Shown piece after piece: positions 12,120 through 21,833 of a DNA stretch of 64,000 nucleotides. Both the position numbers and the translations under genes were made by a program. The notes below the pieces were generated by a model. That model had not been told where the DNA came from and did not search any database. It saw only the letters and a program-made list of their open reading frames with translations. How positions within the stretch are numbered: position 1 is the first letter of the stretch; each line of letters opens with the position of its first letter. This stretch comes from Patescibacteria group bacterium (lineage in GTDB: Bacteria > Patescibacteriota > UBA1384 > JACPKC01): the NCBI GenBank assembly GCA_050944875.1, contig JBMNRW010000002.1, positions 1,009-65,008 on the forward strand. The letters are read 5' to 3'.

Positions 12120-13034
12120 ATGCCGATCACCCTCCCTACCCTCCGAGATCTCGTTGATGCCGGTGCGCATTATGGTCACCAGCGCGCGAAGTCGTACCCG
12201 AAGGCCCGTCAGTTCGCCTTTACCGTTCGCGAGCACACGCTTGTCATTAACCTCGAGCAGACCGTCGAAGCACTCGCGAGTGCGACGAAAGTACTGACCG
12301 AGCTCGCCGCGAACGGGAAGACAATCCTCTTCGTCGGGACAAAGCCACAGGCAGTCGACGCGGTCCGCATTGCTGCGACGAAGACCGGCATGCCGTACGT
12401 CGCGCAACGTTGGCTCGGCGGCACGCTCACGAACTTCCATACGATCCAGCAGAATTTGAAGAAGCTCACCGATCTCGAGACGCTTATGGTCTCCGAAGCG
12501 TTCGATGCGATGTCGAAGAAGGACCGCGGCCGCGCGACGAAGCAGCACGCGAAGCTTGTGAAGATCTTCGAAGGAATGAAGGGGCTCAGCCGTCGGCCGG
12601 ACGCGCTCGTCCTCGTCGATATCACGGAAGAGAACATCGCCCTCGCTGAAGCGCGGCGCCTTGGTATTCCGACCTTCGCGATCGTCGACACGAACGCGAA
12701 CCCTGACCTCGTTACGCACGCGATTCCAGCGAACGACGATTCGCGCCGAGCGATCGCCCTCATCCTCGACGTCCTCTCCGAGGCGATCCTCGAGGGGAAG
12801 AGCCAGATCCCAGCCGTCGTGAAGCCTGACCTCACGGACGCGACGAAAGCGGAGCGGATGGCGGCGGAGACGCCGGCCGAGGCCGAGCTCGTCGTCCCGG
12901 ACGCAGCGCCAGTCGTTGCCGATGAGCCGGTAGAGGCTGCGACGAAGCCAGCCGCAAAGAAGACCACGAAGGCCGCTGCTGCCGAGAAGAAGCCAGCCGC
13001 AAAGAAGGCTGCGCCGAAGAAGAAAGCGGCGTAA
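12120..13034 (+). CDS. rpsB: 30S ribosomal protein S2 with Ala/Lys-rich C-terminal tail
   Basis: 304 aa; S2 core then [25 protein letters not shown] tail. Confidence 0.95.
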   Translation: MPITLPTLRDLVDAGAHYGHQRAKSYPKARQFAFTVREHTLVINLEQTVEALASATKVLTELAANGKTILFVGTKPQAVDAVRIAATKTGMPYVAQRWLGGTLTNFHTIQQNLKKLTDLETLMVSEAFDAMSKKDRGRATKQHAKLVKIFEGMKGLSRRPDALVLVDITEENIALAEARRLGIPTFAIVDTNANPDLVTHAIPANDDSRRAIALILDVLSEAILEGKSQIPAVVKPDLTDATKAERMAAETPAEAELVVPDAAPVVADEPVEAATKPAAKKTTKAAAAEKKPAAKKAAPKKKAA

Positions 13035-13036
13035 CC

Positions 13037-13666
13037 ATGGCGTTCACTGCAGCTGACGTGAAGAAGCTCCGCGACGCTACCGGCGTCGGGATGATGGACG
13101 CGAAGCGGGCGCTCGAGGGCGCGAACGGGAACTTCGACGCTGCGGTTGAGGTGCTCCGCAAGGCCGGCGCCGCGAAGGCCGCGAAGAAGGCTGACCGCGC
13201 TGCCGCCGAGGGGATCGTCGTCTCGTACGTCCACGGCAACAGCCAAGTTGGCGTCCTCCTGGAGCTTAACTCCGAGACCGACTTCGTGGCGCGCAACGAT
13301 GACTTCAAGGCGCTTGCGAATGACATTGCCCTCCACATCGCCGCGATGAACCCGCAGTACCTCTCGGTTGAGGACGTCCCGGCGGACGTCGTCGCAAAGG
13401 AGCGTGAGATCATCGCCGAGCAACTCAAGAACGAAGGGAAGCCGGCTGACCGGATCGAGCAGATCCTCGAGGGTAAGCTCAAGAAGTTCTACGCGGAGGT
13501 TGTCCTCCTTGAACAGCCGTTCGTCAAGGACGACGCGCTCACGGTCGGTGCCCTCATCCAGGCGGCGATCCAGAAGATCGGCGAGAACATCCGCGTCGCC
13601 CGGTTCGTCCGATTCGCCATCAAGGGCGGTCCGAGCTGCGCGCTCGACCTGCCGCAAAACGAGTAA
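13037..13666 (+). CDS. tsf: elongation factor Ts (short form)
   Basis: UBA-like N-terminal ([17 protein letters not shown]) and dimerisation core. Confidence 0.95.
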   Translation: MAFTAADVKKLRDATGVGMMDAKRALEGANGNFDAAVEVLRKAGAAKAAKKADRAAAEGIVVSYVHGNSQVGVLLELNSETDFVARNDDFKALANDIALHIAAMNPQYLSVEDVPADVVAKEREIIAEQLKNEGKPADRIEQILEGKLKKFYAEVVLLEQPFVKDDALTVGALIQAAIQKIGENIRVARFVRFAIKGGPSCALDLPQNE

Positions 13667-13671
13667 TCATC

Positions 13672-13701
13672 AAAAACGCGCCCGGTATCGGGCGCGTTTT
13701 T
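13672..13701 (+). terminator. rho-independent terminator after tsf
   Basis: AAAAACGCGCCCG-GTAT-CGGGCGCGTTTTT perfect hairpin with T-run. Confidence 0.6.
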
Positions 13702-13716
13702 GAAAGGAGCGGGGTA

Positions 13717-14433
13717 ATGAACCAACCACCGAAGCGTATTCTCCTCAAGCTCTCTGGTGAGATCTTGGCTGGTAAGGACGGCGCGATGTACGACCACGCG
13801 CTCATGGAGCGGTTGGCGCGAGAGCTCGGCGAGGTTATCGCGGCCGGGACGCAGGTTTTTCTCGTCGTCGGGGCGGGGAACATTGTTCGGGGCGCCGAGC
13901 TCGCGAAGGAGTCGTTCGACCGGGTTGGCGCCGACTATATGGGGATGCTCGCGACCATTATCAACGGGATCGCCCTCCAGGACGCGTTCGAGCGGAGTAG
14001 TCTGGAGACGCGGGTCATGAGCGCGATCGAGGCGCACGAGATTGCCGAGCCGTTCATCCGGCGTCGGGCGGAGCGCCATGCCGAGAAGGGGCGGATCGTC
14101 ATCTTGGCTGGCGGCACCGGCAACCCGTTCTTCACGACTGACTCGGCGGCCGTACTCCGCGCCAACGAGCTCGACTGCGACCTCCTCCTCAAGGGGACGA
14201 AGGTCGACGGGGTGTACACGAGCGATCCGAAGCAGGACCCGACGGCGACGCGTTACGAGCGAGTGAGCTACGACGAGGTGATCGCCAGAGAGCTTCGCGT
14301 CATGGACATGACCGCGTTCACGATGGCGCGGGACAGCTCGCTCCCGATTGTCGTTTTCGATATACTCCAAGAAGGAGCACTCATCAAAGCAGCTCGGGGC
14401 GAGGTGGAGGTAGGGACGCTCGTCACCGCCTAA
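13717..14433 (+). CDS. pyrH: UMP kinase
   Basis: 238 aa; amino-acid-kinase-fold motifs (ILLKLSGE, GAGNIVRG, GGTGNPFFTTD). Confidence 0.95.
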   Translation: MNQPPKRILLKLSGEILAGKDGAMYDHALMERLARELGEVIAAGTQVFLVVGAGNIVRGAELAKESFDRVGADYMGMLATIINGIALQDAFERSSLETRVMSAIEAHEIAEPFIRRRAERHAEKGRIVILAGGTGNPFFTTDSAAVLRANELDCDLLLKGTKVDGVYTSDPKQDPTATRYERVSYDEVIARELRVMDMTAFTMARDSSLPIVVFDILQEGALIKAARGEVEVGTLVTA

Positions 14434-14445
14434 GACGGAGGTAGC

Positions 14446-15006
14446 ATGTCAGGCTATCCATCGGTACGAACCGCGAAGGAGCGGATGGGGGAGGTGCTCG
14501 AGAAGCTCGACGCCGCCCTCAAGGCAATCCACACGGGGCGCGCGTCGGCGGCGCTCGTCGAGAACATCCCGGTCATGGCCTACGGCCAGTCGACGCCAGT
14601 CAAGGCGATCGCCCAGCTGTCGGTGCCCGAGGCGAACCAGGTCGCGGTAACGCCCTGGGACCCAGGGCAGCTGACGCAGATCGAGGCCGCGATCCGGGAG
14701 TCTGACCTCGGAGTAAGCCCGGTCAGCGACGGCCGGACCGTTCGCGTCATCTTCCCGCCAATGACGACGGAGCGCCGCGCCCAGCTTACGAAAGAGCTCG
14801 GGAAGATCGCCGAGGAAGCGCGGGTCGCGCTCCGGAATGTCCGCCACGAGGCGCTCGAGACGATCAAGCGCGACGTTGAGCAGGACGAGGCGACCGAAGA
14901 CGACAAGTTCTCGGTGCAGAAGGAGCTCGACGACCTCATTAAGGCGAAGAACGACGAGGTCGAGGCGCTCATCCAGAAGAAGACGGTTGAGATCCAGCAG
15001 GTTTAA
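14446..15006 (+). CDS. frr: ribosome recycling factor
   Basis: 186 aa RRF-like. Confidence 0.95.
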   Translation: MSGYPSVRTAKERMGEVLEKLDAALKAIHTGRASAALVENIPVMAYGQSTPVKAIAQLSVPEANQVAVTPWDPGQLTQIEAAIRESDLGVSPVSDGRTVRVIFPPMTTERRAQLTKELGKIAEEARVALRNVRHEALETIKRDVEQDEATEDDKFSVQKELDDLIKAKNDEVEALIQKKTVEIQQV

Positions 15007-15008
15007 CC

Positions 15009-15410
15009 GTGGATGAAGACCGATCGCCGCTGCCAGATGACGCGTTCACTGGCCGGGTGATCGGTCTTCTATATGACGTCTACCGAACGGTTGGTTCAGG
15101 GAGGCCGGAGGCGCGGTACCGGACGGCGTTCCGTTCTGCGCTCGTAGAGGCTGGGATTCCGGTCGCGCGCGGGAAGGTACAGTCGCTCACGTACGGCGAG
15201 CGTGTGGTCGGGCGGTACCGCGTGGATTTCGTTTTGAACGGCGAGCTCGCTGTTGAGTTCGCGCGTGGGAATAGTATCCCGGCTGAGGACTTCTCGCGCA
15301 CCCTCTGCTACCTCCGCGACTCGGGACTCCAGCTTGCCTTACTTGCCGTCTTCGGCGACCATGAGTTACGCATTAAGCGCGTCATCCTGACGCGCGAAAC
15401 GGAGGAGTAA
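15009..15410 (+). CDS. GxxExxY-family protein (PD-(D/E)xK-like fold)
   Basis: 133 aa; diagnostic G-x-x-E-x-x-Y-type segment (GSGRPEARY) and conserved core VDFVLNGELAVEF...YLRDSGLQLALL. Confidence 0.65.
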   Translation: MDEDRSPLPDDAFTGRVIGLLYDVYRTVGSGRPEARYRTAFRSALVEAGIPVARGKVQSLTYGERVVGRYRVDFVLNGELAVEFARGNSIPAEDFSRTLCYLRDSGLQLALLAVFGDHELRIKRVILTRETEE

Positions 15411-15416
15411 CCCAGT

Positions 15417-16466
15417 ATGACACTCGCACTTACGATCGTTCTCTTTGTCCTCATATTCGGCGTGGTCATCACGCTCCACGAACTCGGGCACTTCCTTATC
15501 GCTCGACGCGAGAACATGGTGGTCCGTGAGTTCGCGTTCGGTTTCCCGCCCCGGCTCTGGAGCACGAAGCGTGGTGCGACCCGGTACAGCGTGAACGCGA
15601 TCCCGCTCGGTGGGTACGTCAGCATTCTCGGCGAAGACGAGGCGTCGGACTCGGCCGGTAGCTTCACGATTAAGTCGCCCTGGGCACGGCTCCGGGTCGT
15701 GCTCGCCGGTATTGCGATGAACGTCCTCCTGGCGTGGCTCCTTATCACGCTCTACTTCTGGGTGGCACCGCTCTTCCCGGCGCCGGACGCCGTCGTCGTC
15801 GCCGGTGTCCGGCCCGGCAGTCCGGCTGCCGCGGCCGGGTTTAAGCCGAACGACTTCGTGAAATCGGCGAACGGCACGACGTTTAAGACCGATAAGGACC
15901 TGGTCGCGTTCACGAGCGAGCAGGCTGGTCAGACCGTCACCTTTACCGTGGTCCGGAGCGGGAAGGAGTTTCCGCTCGCCGCGACCTTGGGCGGTGCGGC
16001 CGGCGGGGCACTTGGTGTGACCGTTGTCGACGTGAGTGAGCAGCAGGCAGTGCCGTGGTACCAGGCGCCGTGGTACGCCCTTAAGGAGATCTGGGCGGTG
16101 ACACTCATGACGCTCGGGTTCTTCGGCGGGCTCGTCGCAAAGCTCTTCGGCGGCGGCCAGGGCGTGAGCGTCGATGCAGTCGCGGGGCCGGTCGGGATCT
16201 TCTCGACGCTCCAGCAGGTGATGGTGCTCGGCATTCCAAAGGTGATCTACTTCGCTGGCCATATCTCGCTCGCGGTCGGCCTCTTCAACGCATTGCCAGT
16301 GCCCGCGCTCGACGGCGGGCGCGCAATGTTCCTCCTCTTCGAGGGGATTTTCGGGAAGAAGGCACTCAGGCCGGAGACCGAGGGGTGGATCCACGCGATC
16401 GGCTTCATTCTCCTTATCGGCGTCATCGTTCTCGTTACTGTCATCGACGTACAGCGACTCGGGTAG
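15417..16466 (+). CDS. rseP: RIP site-2 zinc metalloprotease (M50) with PDZ
   Basis: HELGHF zinc motif in TM1, PDZ region, LDGG motif near C-terminus. Confidence 0.9.
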   Translation: MTLALTIVLFVLIFGVVITLHELGHFLIARRENMVVREFAFGFPPRLWSTKRGATRYSVNAIPLGGYVSILGEDEASDSAGSFTIKSPWARLRVVLAGIAMNVLLAWLLITLYFWVAPLFPAPDAVVVAGVRPGSPAAAAGFKPNDFVKSANGTTFKTDKDLVAFTSEQAGQTVTFTVVRSGKEFPLAATLGGAAGGALGVTVVDVSEQQAVPWYQAPWYALKEIWAVTLMTLGFFGGLVAKLFGGGQGVSVDAVAGPVGIFSTLQQVMVLGIPKVIYFAGHISLAVGLFNALPVPALDGGRAMFLLFEGIFGKKALRPETEGWIHAIGFILLIGVIVLVTVIDVQRLG

Positions 16467-16486
16467 CCCGTACTTGAATAGAAAAC

Positions 16487-16516
16487 GAGCGGCGCGGGAG
16501 TAGTTCCCGGCCGCTC
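16487..16516. terminator. bidirectional hairpin between convergent rseP and minus-strand gene
   Basis: GAGCGGCGCGGGA-GTAGT-TCCCGGCCGCTC. Confidence 0.4.
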
Positions 16517-16522
16517 GGTTGC

Positions 16523-16891
16523 TTAGTTCGTTTGTTTCGCCGTTTGCGCGGCGTTGGCGAGCTGTGTGAATGCACTGAGGATCTCCGCCGCGTATTTCAG
16601 GCGGAGGTGCTCATCCTCGACGCGCTGTTCCCAGACGGGGTAGCGTTTGCCGTCGTAGGCCCGGCAGGGCGAGCGGTAGATCCGGTTTTCCCCAGTGATC
16701 GCCACCATGACCGCCGACGAGTCGACGACGAGGATGCCCGGCAAGTCGACTAGCTCGTTGTCCTTGTACGCCCGATAGGTGGGCAGGAAAGCGACGAGGA
16801 GGTCGTCGGTGCTGTGGCGGAGTAGGCGGATCGCTCCGCCCTGGGTGTTGCGGTAGTCGGCAAGGGTGTCAGCGCGTCGTTCAGCTCGCAT
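16523..16891 (-). CDS. hypothetical protein (122 aa), paralogue of the adjacent upstream gene
   Basis: ORF-track frame trimmed to Met-100 (start 16891); shares motifs with 16881-17231 product. Confidence 0.5.
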   Translation of the reverse strand: MRAERRADTLADYRNTQGGAIRLLRHSTDDLLVAFLPTYRAYKDNELVDLPGILVVDSSAVMVAITGENRIYRSPCRAYDGKRYPVWEQRVEDEHLRLKYAAEILSAFTQLANAAQTAKQTN

Positions 16892-17231
16892 GGGAATCCT
16901 CCTGCGTCTCGATGAGATTGAAGAGCGCTCGAATCTGAGACTCAAACTCAACCCAGAGCTCGGGGTATGCGACCTTGTTGTTCCAGCTTGGTCGCATGGA
17001 TCGTGCGGTGGACGTGTACCGACTCTGGTAAAGGTACAGGGCGTCTTCCTGCTTAGACAGAGCGATGAATACGAATCGCCGCCACTGCTCGGCGACGACG
17101 ATGACTGGCTCGTTGCGCTGGTAGTAGGAGTCGGCGAAGCGAACGTAGCGGAGGTATCGCTCCGGCGTTGCCGCGATACGGCCGGCAATCGCTCTTTTGA
17201 GCGCAGCGAGGCGCTGGCTCTGGTCGTCCAT
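16881..17231 (-). CDS. hypothetical protein (116 aa), paralogue of the adjacent downstream gene
   Basis: Overlaps next gene by 11 nt; similar segments YYQRNEPVIVVAEQW / YKDNELVDLPGILVVD and YPELWVEFE / YPVWEQRVE. Confidence 0.5.
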   Translation of the reverse strand: MDDQSQRLAALKRAIAGRIAATPERYLRYVRFADSYYQRNEPVIVVAEQWRRFVFIALSKQEDALYLYQSRYTSTARSMRPSWNNKVAYPELWVEFESQIRALFNLIETQEDSHAS

Positions 17232-17362
17232 TGAAAAACCTCCGGTACTTAAGGATGGGAAAACCGCACAAATCTACGGGAATACCAGGGAAAAGTCAAT
17301 CTTGTTTCCTGAAATACTTTCCGGGATACTGGGAAGCCACAGCAGGTAGCGACGAGGAGCGT

Positions 17363-18796
17363 ATGGCGAGAGAGCAGTCGATTACGCCACGGGCGGAGAA
17401 CTTCGCCGCGTGGTACCAAGATGTCATTGCCGCCGCAGAGCTCGCTGAGCACTCGGGGGTTAAGGGCTCGATGATCATCAAGCCGTACGGCTACGCGATC
17501 TGGGAGCGCCTACGCGATGAGCTCGACCGCCGGATCAAGGCGACCGGGCACAAGAACGCGTACTTCCCGCTCCTCATTCCTGAGAGCTACTTAGAGCGCG
17601 AGAAAGACCACGTCGAAGGGTTCTCGCCGGAGCTCGCGGTCGTCACGCATGCCGGCGGCGAGAAACTCGAGGAGCCGCTCGTCATCCGTCCGACCTCGGA
17701 GACCATTATCTACGAGACGTACTCGCGCTGGATCCAGTCCTACCGCGACTTGCCCATGCTCGTGAACCAGTGGGCGAACGTCGTCCGCTGGGAGCTCCGG
17801 CCGCGGCTCTTCCTCCGGACGACCGAGTTCCTCTGGCAAGAAGGGCACACCGCCCACGCTACTGAGGACGAGGCGCAGGAAGAGGTGCAGACCATGCTTG
17901 GCGTGTACAAGGACGTCGCCGAGGAGATCCTCGCCATGCCGGTCATTGACGGTGAGAAGAGCGCGACGGAGCGGTTCGCCGGCGCGAAGCGGACGTTCAC
18001 GATCGAGGCGATGATGCAGGACGGGAAGGCGCTCCAGGCCGGCACGAGCCATAACCTCGGCCAAGGCTTCTCGGAAGCGTTCAACGTCCAGTTCACAGAC
18101 CGGGACGGCGTCCGAAAGCATGTTTGGCTCACGAGCTGGGGCGTCTCGACCCGGCTCATTGGCGGCCTCATTATGACGCACTCGGACGATCGCGGGCTCG
18201 TTCTGCCGCCTGCGCTCGCGCCCATCCAGGTAGTTATTGTCCCGATCTCGAAGTCGGACGACGAGCGCGCTCGCGTACTCGCTGCTGCTAAGGAGCTTGC
18301 GCATGAGCTTGGTCCCGGCGACCGCCTCCTGGTCGACGACCGCGATTACGTAACTGCCGGCGCGAAGTTCAATGAGTGGGAGCGGAAGGGCGTGCCGATC
18401 CGGATTGAGCTCGGCCCCCGCGACCTTGAAGCGAACCAGCTCGTCGTCGCCCGGCGCGACACGAACGAGAAATCGACGGTGGCGCGCGCGGAGGCGGCAG
18501 TGCATGTGAAGGGGCTCCTCACCGTCCTCCAGACCGCGCTCCTCGAGCGGGCGAAGACGCTCCGCCGAGAGCGGACGAAGGGCGTCCACTCGTACGCCGA
18601 ACTCGTCGAACAGGTGGAAGTGGGCTTTGCACGAGCGTTTTGGTGTGGTAATGAGGAGTGTGAATCGAAGGTGAAGGCAGAGACGAAGGCGACGATTCGC
18701 TGCCTTCCCTTTGACCGTCAGCTCGAGGGCGTCGGCGCGTGCACCGTCTGCGGCGGCGAAGGGGGAGTGGAAGCAGTGTGGGCACGAGCCTACTAA
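17363..18796 (+). CDS. proS: prolyl-tRNA synthetase, archaeal/eukaryotic-type (class II, with C-terminal Zn-binding domain)
   Basis: Class II motifs, anticodon-binding domain, C-terminal CxxC...CxxC (WCGNEECESKVK...CTVCGGEG); start set at Met-45 of ORF-track frame. Confidence 0.9.
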   Translation: MAREQSITPRAENFAAWYQDVIAAAELAEHSGVKGSMIIKPYGYAIWERLRDELDRRIKATGHKNAYFPLLIPESYLEREKDHVEGFSPELAVVTHAGGEKLEEPLVIRPTSETIIYETYSRWIQSYRDLPMLVNQWANVVRWELRPRLFLRTTEFLWQEGHTAHATEDEAQEEVQTMLGVYKDVAEEILAMPVIDGEKSATERFAGAKRTFTIEAMMQDGKALQAGTSHNLGQGFSEAFNVQFTDRDGVRKHVWLTSWGVSTRLIGGLIMTHSDDRGLVLPPALAPIQVVIVPISKSDDERARVLAAAKELAHELGPGDRLLVDDRDYVTAGAKFNEWERKGVPIRIELGPRDLEANQLVVARRDTNEKSTVARAEAAVHVKGLLTVLQTALLERAKTLRRERTKGVHSYAELVEQVEVGFARAFWCGNEECESKVKAETKATIRCLPFDRQLEGVGACTVCGGEGGVEAVWARAY

Positions 18797-18808
18797 GGAG
18801 TGCACGTC

Positions 18809-19609
18809 ATGCGGAAACCGCTTGTTGTTGGTAACTGGAAGATGAACCTCACCGCTGAGCGCGCGATGTCGCTGGCGCGCAGTGTGTCGCAGCAGATTGA
18901 CAGCCTCGGCGAGAAGGTCGACGTCGTCATTGCGCCAGCTCTCCCCTGGCTTATTCCGGTCGAGGGTGTCCTCGGCCGTTCGGCTAAAGTGGCGCTCGGC
19001 GTCCAAGATGCGGACACCGGCGTCATTGGCGCGCAGACCGGCAGTGTGTCGATGGGGATGCTGAAGCCGCACGTCGACTACGTCATTATCGGCCATTCGG
19101 AGCGACGGCTCGCGCACAAAGACACGCACCAGACGATCAACGCGAAGATCCTCGACGCCTTAAAGCGCGGCCTGACGCCGATTGTTTGCGTCGGTGAGTT
19201 CGTCCACCTCTACGACACGAAGCGAAAGCGCGGCCGTCCGACGAAGCTCGAGGCAGAGAGCAACATCTTCATGCAGATCCGCCGCGCACTGAAGGACGTC
19301 CCAGAGGGTGACATCTCGAAGGTTGTCGTCTCGTACGAACCGGTCTGGGCGATCGGGACCGGCGAAGCAGCTGACCCAGAATACGTGGCGCAGGTCGTCC
19401 GGAAGCTCCGGCGCACGGTGTCTCGTCTGGGCGGTAAGCGGCGCGCCGCGCGGATGCGCGTGCTCTACGGCGGCTCCGTCACCGCGAAGAACGCGAGCGA
19501 CTACGCGAACCTCAAGGAGATCGACGGCGTCCTCGTGGGCGCAGCCAGCCTTGACGCGAAGGCGTTCGGCAAGATCGCCCAGGCGTTCCAGGCAGCGAAA
19601 GCGGCCTAA
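18809..19609 (+). CDS. tpiA: triosephosphate isomerase
   Basis: VVGNWKMN...IGHSERR...GGS signature; RBS AAGGAG 8 nt upstream of ATG 18809. Confidence 0.9.
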   Translation: MRKPLVVGNWKMNLTAERAMSLARSVSQQIDSLGEKVDVVIAPALPWLIPVEGVLGRSAKVALGVQDADTGVIGAQTGSVSMGMLKPHVDYVIIGHSERRLAHKDTHQTINAKILDALKRGLTPIVCVGEFVHLYDTKRKRGRPTKLEAESNIFMQIRRALKDVPEGDISKVVVSYEPVWAIGTGEAADPEYVAQVVRKLRRTVSRLGGKRRAARMRVLYGGSVTAKNASDYANLKEIDGVLVGAASLDAKAFGKIAQAFQAAKAA

Positions 19610-20139
19610 CGCCGGTCTTTCACGACCTCGAGCTCGACGACCAGGAGGTCGACCATATTCCACAGGAAGTAGCGCAGGATGCCCTTTAAGGGGATGTACT
19701 TGCGCCACTTTCCTGTTGCGGTGAGTTCCTGGCGGATGAGTCGGAACCGAGCGGGCGTGTACGCGTCGTGGTGCGAGGCATACCACGATTCGGTCGTGAA
19801 GTACTTGAACGTCTCTTCGGTGAAGTAGCGGACGTGACTTGGGTCACCGAAGGCGAGCGCACTCATGTAGTACGGGACACCGATCGTGACGCGCGCGCCG
19901 GGCTTCGCGACGCGCCAAACCTCTTCCATTGTCCGGACAGTTTCGGGGAGGAATTGGAGGATGTGCCAGACACGCACCTCATCGAAGTGGTTGTCGGGAA
20001 GATCCCAGGGGAACTTTGTCAGGTCGACGACCTGGTCGACGCCAGGGACGTCCACCCGGTCGATACCCCAGTAGCCCTCGGGTTTCCGGAACGCGCAGCC
20101 GACGTCGAGTTTCGCGGGGAGGGTTTGTTTCGTTGCCAT
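19606..20139 (-). CDS. class I SAM-dependent methyltransferase-like protein
   Basis: 177 aa; LDVGCA motif-I region and Rossmann-like fold pattern; convergent with tpiA (4-nt overlap). Confidence 0.55.
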   Translation of the reverse strand: MATKQTLPAKLDVGCAFRKPEGYWGIDRVDVPGVDQVVDLTKFPWDLPDNHFDEVRVWHILQFLPETVRTMEEVWRVAKPGARVTIGVPYYMSALAFGDPSHVRYFTEETFKYFTTESWYASHHDAYTPARFRLIRQELTATGKWRKYIPLKGILRYFLWNMVDLLVVELEVVKDRR

Positions 20140-20216
20140 GGTGCTAGTCTAACGGTGCGACGCTTGGGAGACCAGGTGGTATACTCCAGAGCAAAGCCCA
20201 GGGAAACGGAGGTCCT

Positions 20217-21215
20217 ATGGTTCGCGTTGCAATCAACGGGTTCGGCCGGATCGGCCGGCAGGCAGCGAAGCTCATTCTCGAGCGTCCAGAGCTCGAACTC
20301 GTCGCAGTCAATGATCTGACGGACGCGGCGACGCTCGCCCACCTCCTCCGCTATGACACGGTCTACGGCCGGTACGGGAAAGTCGTCGAGGTGCGCGGCG
20401 ACGCGCTCGCGGTCGGCGATGAGACCTTTACGGTGTTCGCCGAGAAGGACCCGGCTAACCTGCCGTGGCGTGAGCTCGAGATCGATGTCGTTATTGAGTC
20501 GACCGGCCACTTCACGGACGCAGCGGGCGCCAAGAAGCACGTCGCAGCGGGCGCGAAAGCGGTCGTCATCGCAGCGCCGAGCAAGGGTGACGACCCGGCC
20601 CCGACCTTCCTCCGGGGCGTGAACGACCAGAGCTACGGCGGCGAGGAAGTTGTGAACAACGCCTCGTGCACGACGAACTCGATCGCCCCGGTGATCCAAG
20701 TGCTCCACGACGCGTTCGGCGTCGAGCGCGCGCTCATGACCACGGTGCACGGGTACACGGCCGATCAGAACCTCCAGGACGGTCCGCACAAGGATTTGCG
20801 CCGCGCTCGGGCAGCGGCCCACAGCATTGCGCCGACGAGCACGGGTGCCGCGATCGCAACGACCGAGGTTATCACGGAACTCCAAGATGCGTTCGACGGC
20901 GTGGCGCTCAGAGTGCCGGTCATCTGCGGCTCGATCTCGGACATCACCGCCGTCCTCAAGGCTGACGTTACGGTGGAGCAAGTGAACGCGGCGCTCTCGG
21001 CCGCGAGCGAGAGCGAAGCCTTGAAGGGGATTCTCGCCGTCACCGATGAGCCGCTCGTCTCCTCCGACATCGTCGGCCATCCGGCGAGCGCGATCGTCGA
21101 CCTCGGCCTCACCCGCGTCGTCGGTAACCTCGTCAAAGTCTTCGCGTGGTACGACAACGAGTTCGGCTACGCAAACCGCCTCGTCGAGCTCGTTGATAAG
21201 GTTGGTTCGCGATAA
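20217..21215 (+). CDS. gap: glyceraldehyde-3-phosphate dehydrogenase
   Basis: VAINGFGRIGR N-terminus, ASCTTNS active-site Cys region. Confidence 0.95.
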   Translation: MVRVAINGFGRIGRQAAKLILERPELELVAVNDLTDAATLAHLLRYDTVYGRYGKVVEVRGDALAVGDETFTVFAEKDPANLPWRELEIDVVIESTGHFTDAAGAKKHVAAGAKAVVIAAPSKGDDPAPTFLRGVNDQSYGGEEVVNNASCTTNSIAPVIQVLHDAFGVERALMTTVHGYTADQNLQDGPHKDLRRARAAAHSIAPTSTGAAIATTEVITELQDAFDGVALRVPVICGSISDITAVLKADVTVEQVNAALSAASESEALKGILAVTDEPLVSSDIVGHPASAIVDLGLTRVVGNLVKVFAWYDNEFGYANRLVELVDKVGSR

Positions 21216-21832
21216 TGTCGCTACCGGATTTTGGTGGTAGGGAGCCAAGTGTCGAGGAGCTTCGTGCTGAAGCAGAGCGGCTGCGGCGCCAGGGGCAGAA
21301 GCTTCTTGATAAAATGGGGTTACTCGCCACGTTCGAGAAGTACGGACAGGTGCCCGGGATCGGCGGGAGCTTCAGATACAACCTCATGGTGTATCCCGAT
21401 CTCGACACCGGCATTGTGGCTGACCATGTCGACCGTACGGTAGTTGGGAATCTACTCAACGACCTGATGACAATCCCAGTGCTCCGTCGCGTATCTATGT
21501 CGGATAACGTTGTATTTATCTCGCCGACGAACCCGCACGCGAAGCCGAAGGGGTATTGGATCGGACTCGAGGCGCCTTTCGAAGGAGAGCGCTGGGGTAT
21601 TGATTGTTGGTTTCAGGAGCGCAGCTGGTTGCGGCCAGAGGACTCGCACGACAACTACGCGGAGAAACTTGAAGCGCTCGACCAAGCAGGGCGGGATGCG
21701 ATTCTTCTTCTGAAGTACCAGCTTATTCAGCGGGGTGAGTACGGCGGGAAGTATACTTCGGGGGACGTGTACGATGCCGTGTTGAACGGTGCTCGGTCGT
21801 TGGCCGAGTTCGAGCGTCATAAGGAGGAATAG
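21215..21832 (+). CDS. hypothetical protein with minimal nucleotidyltransferase-fold signature (GS-x9-DxD)
   Basis: GGSFRYNLMVYPDLDTGIV resembles KNTase/ANT-type NTase motif; TAATG overlap with gap. Confidence 0.45.
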   Translation: MSLPDFGGREPSVEELRAEAERLRRQGQKLLDKMGLLATFEKYGQVPGIGGSFRYNLMVYPDLDTGIVADHVDRTVVGNLLNDLMTIPVLRRVSMSDNVVFISPTNPHAKPKGYWIGLEAPFEGERWGIDCWFQERSWLRPEDSHDNYAEKLEALDQAGRDAILLLKYQLIQRGEYGGKYTSGDVYDAVLNGARSLAEFERHKEE

Positions 21833-21833
21833 C

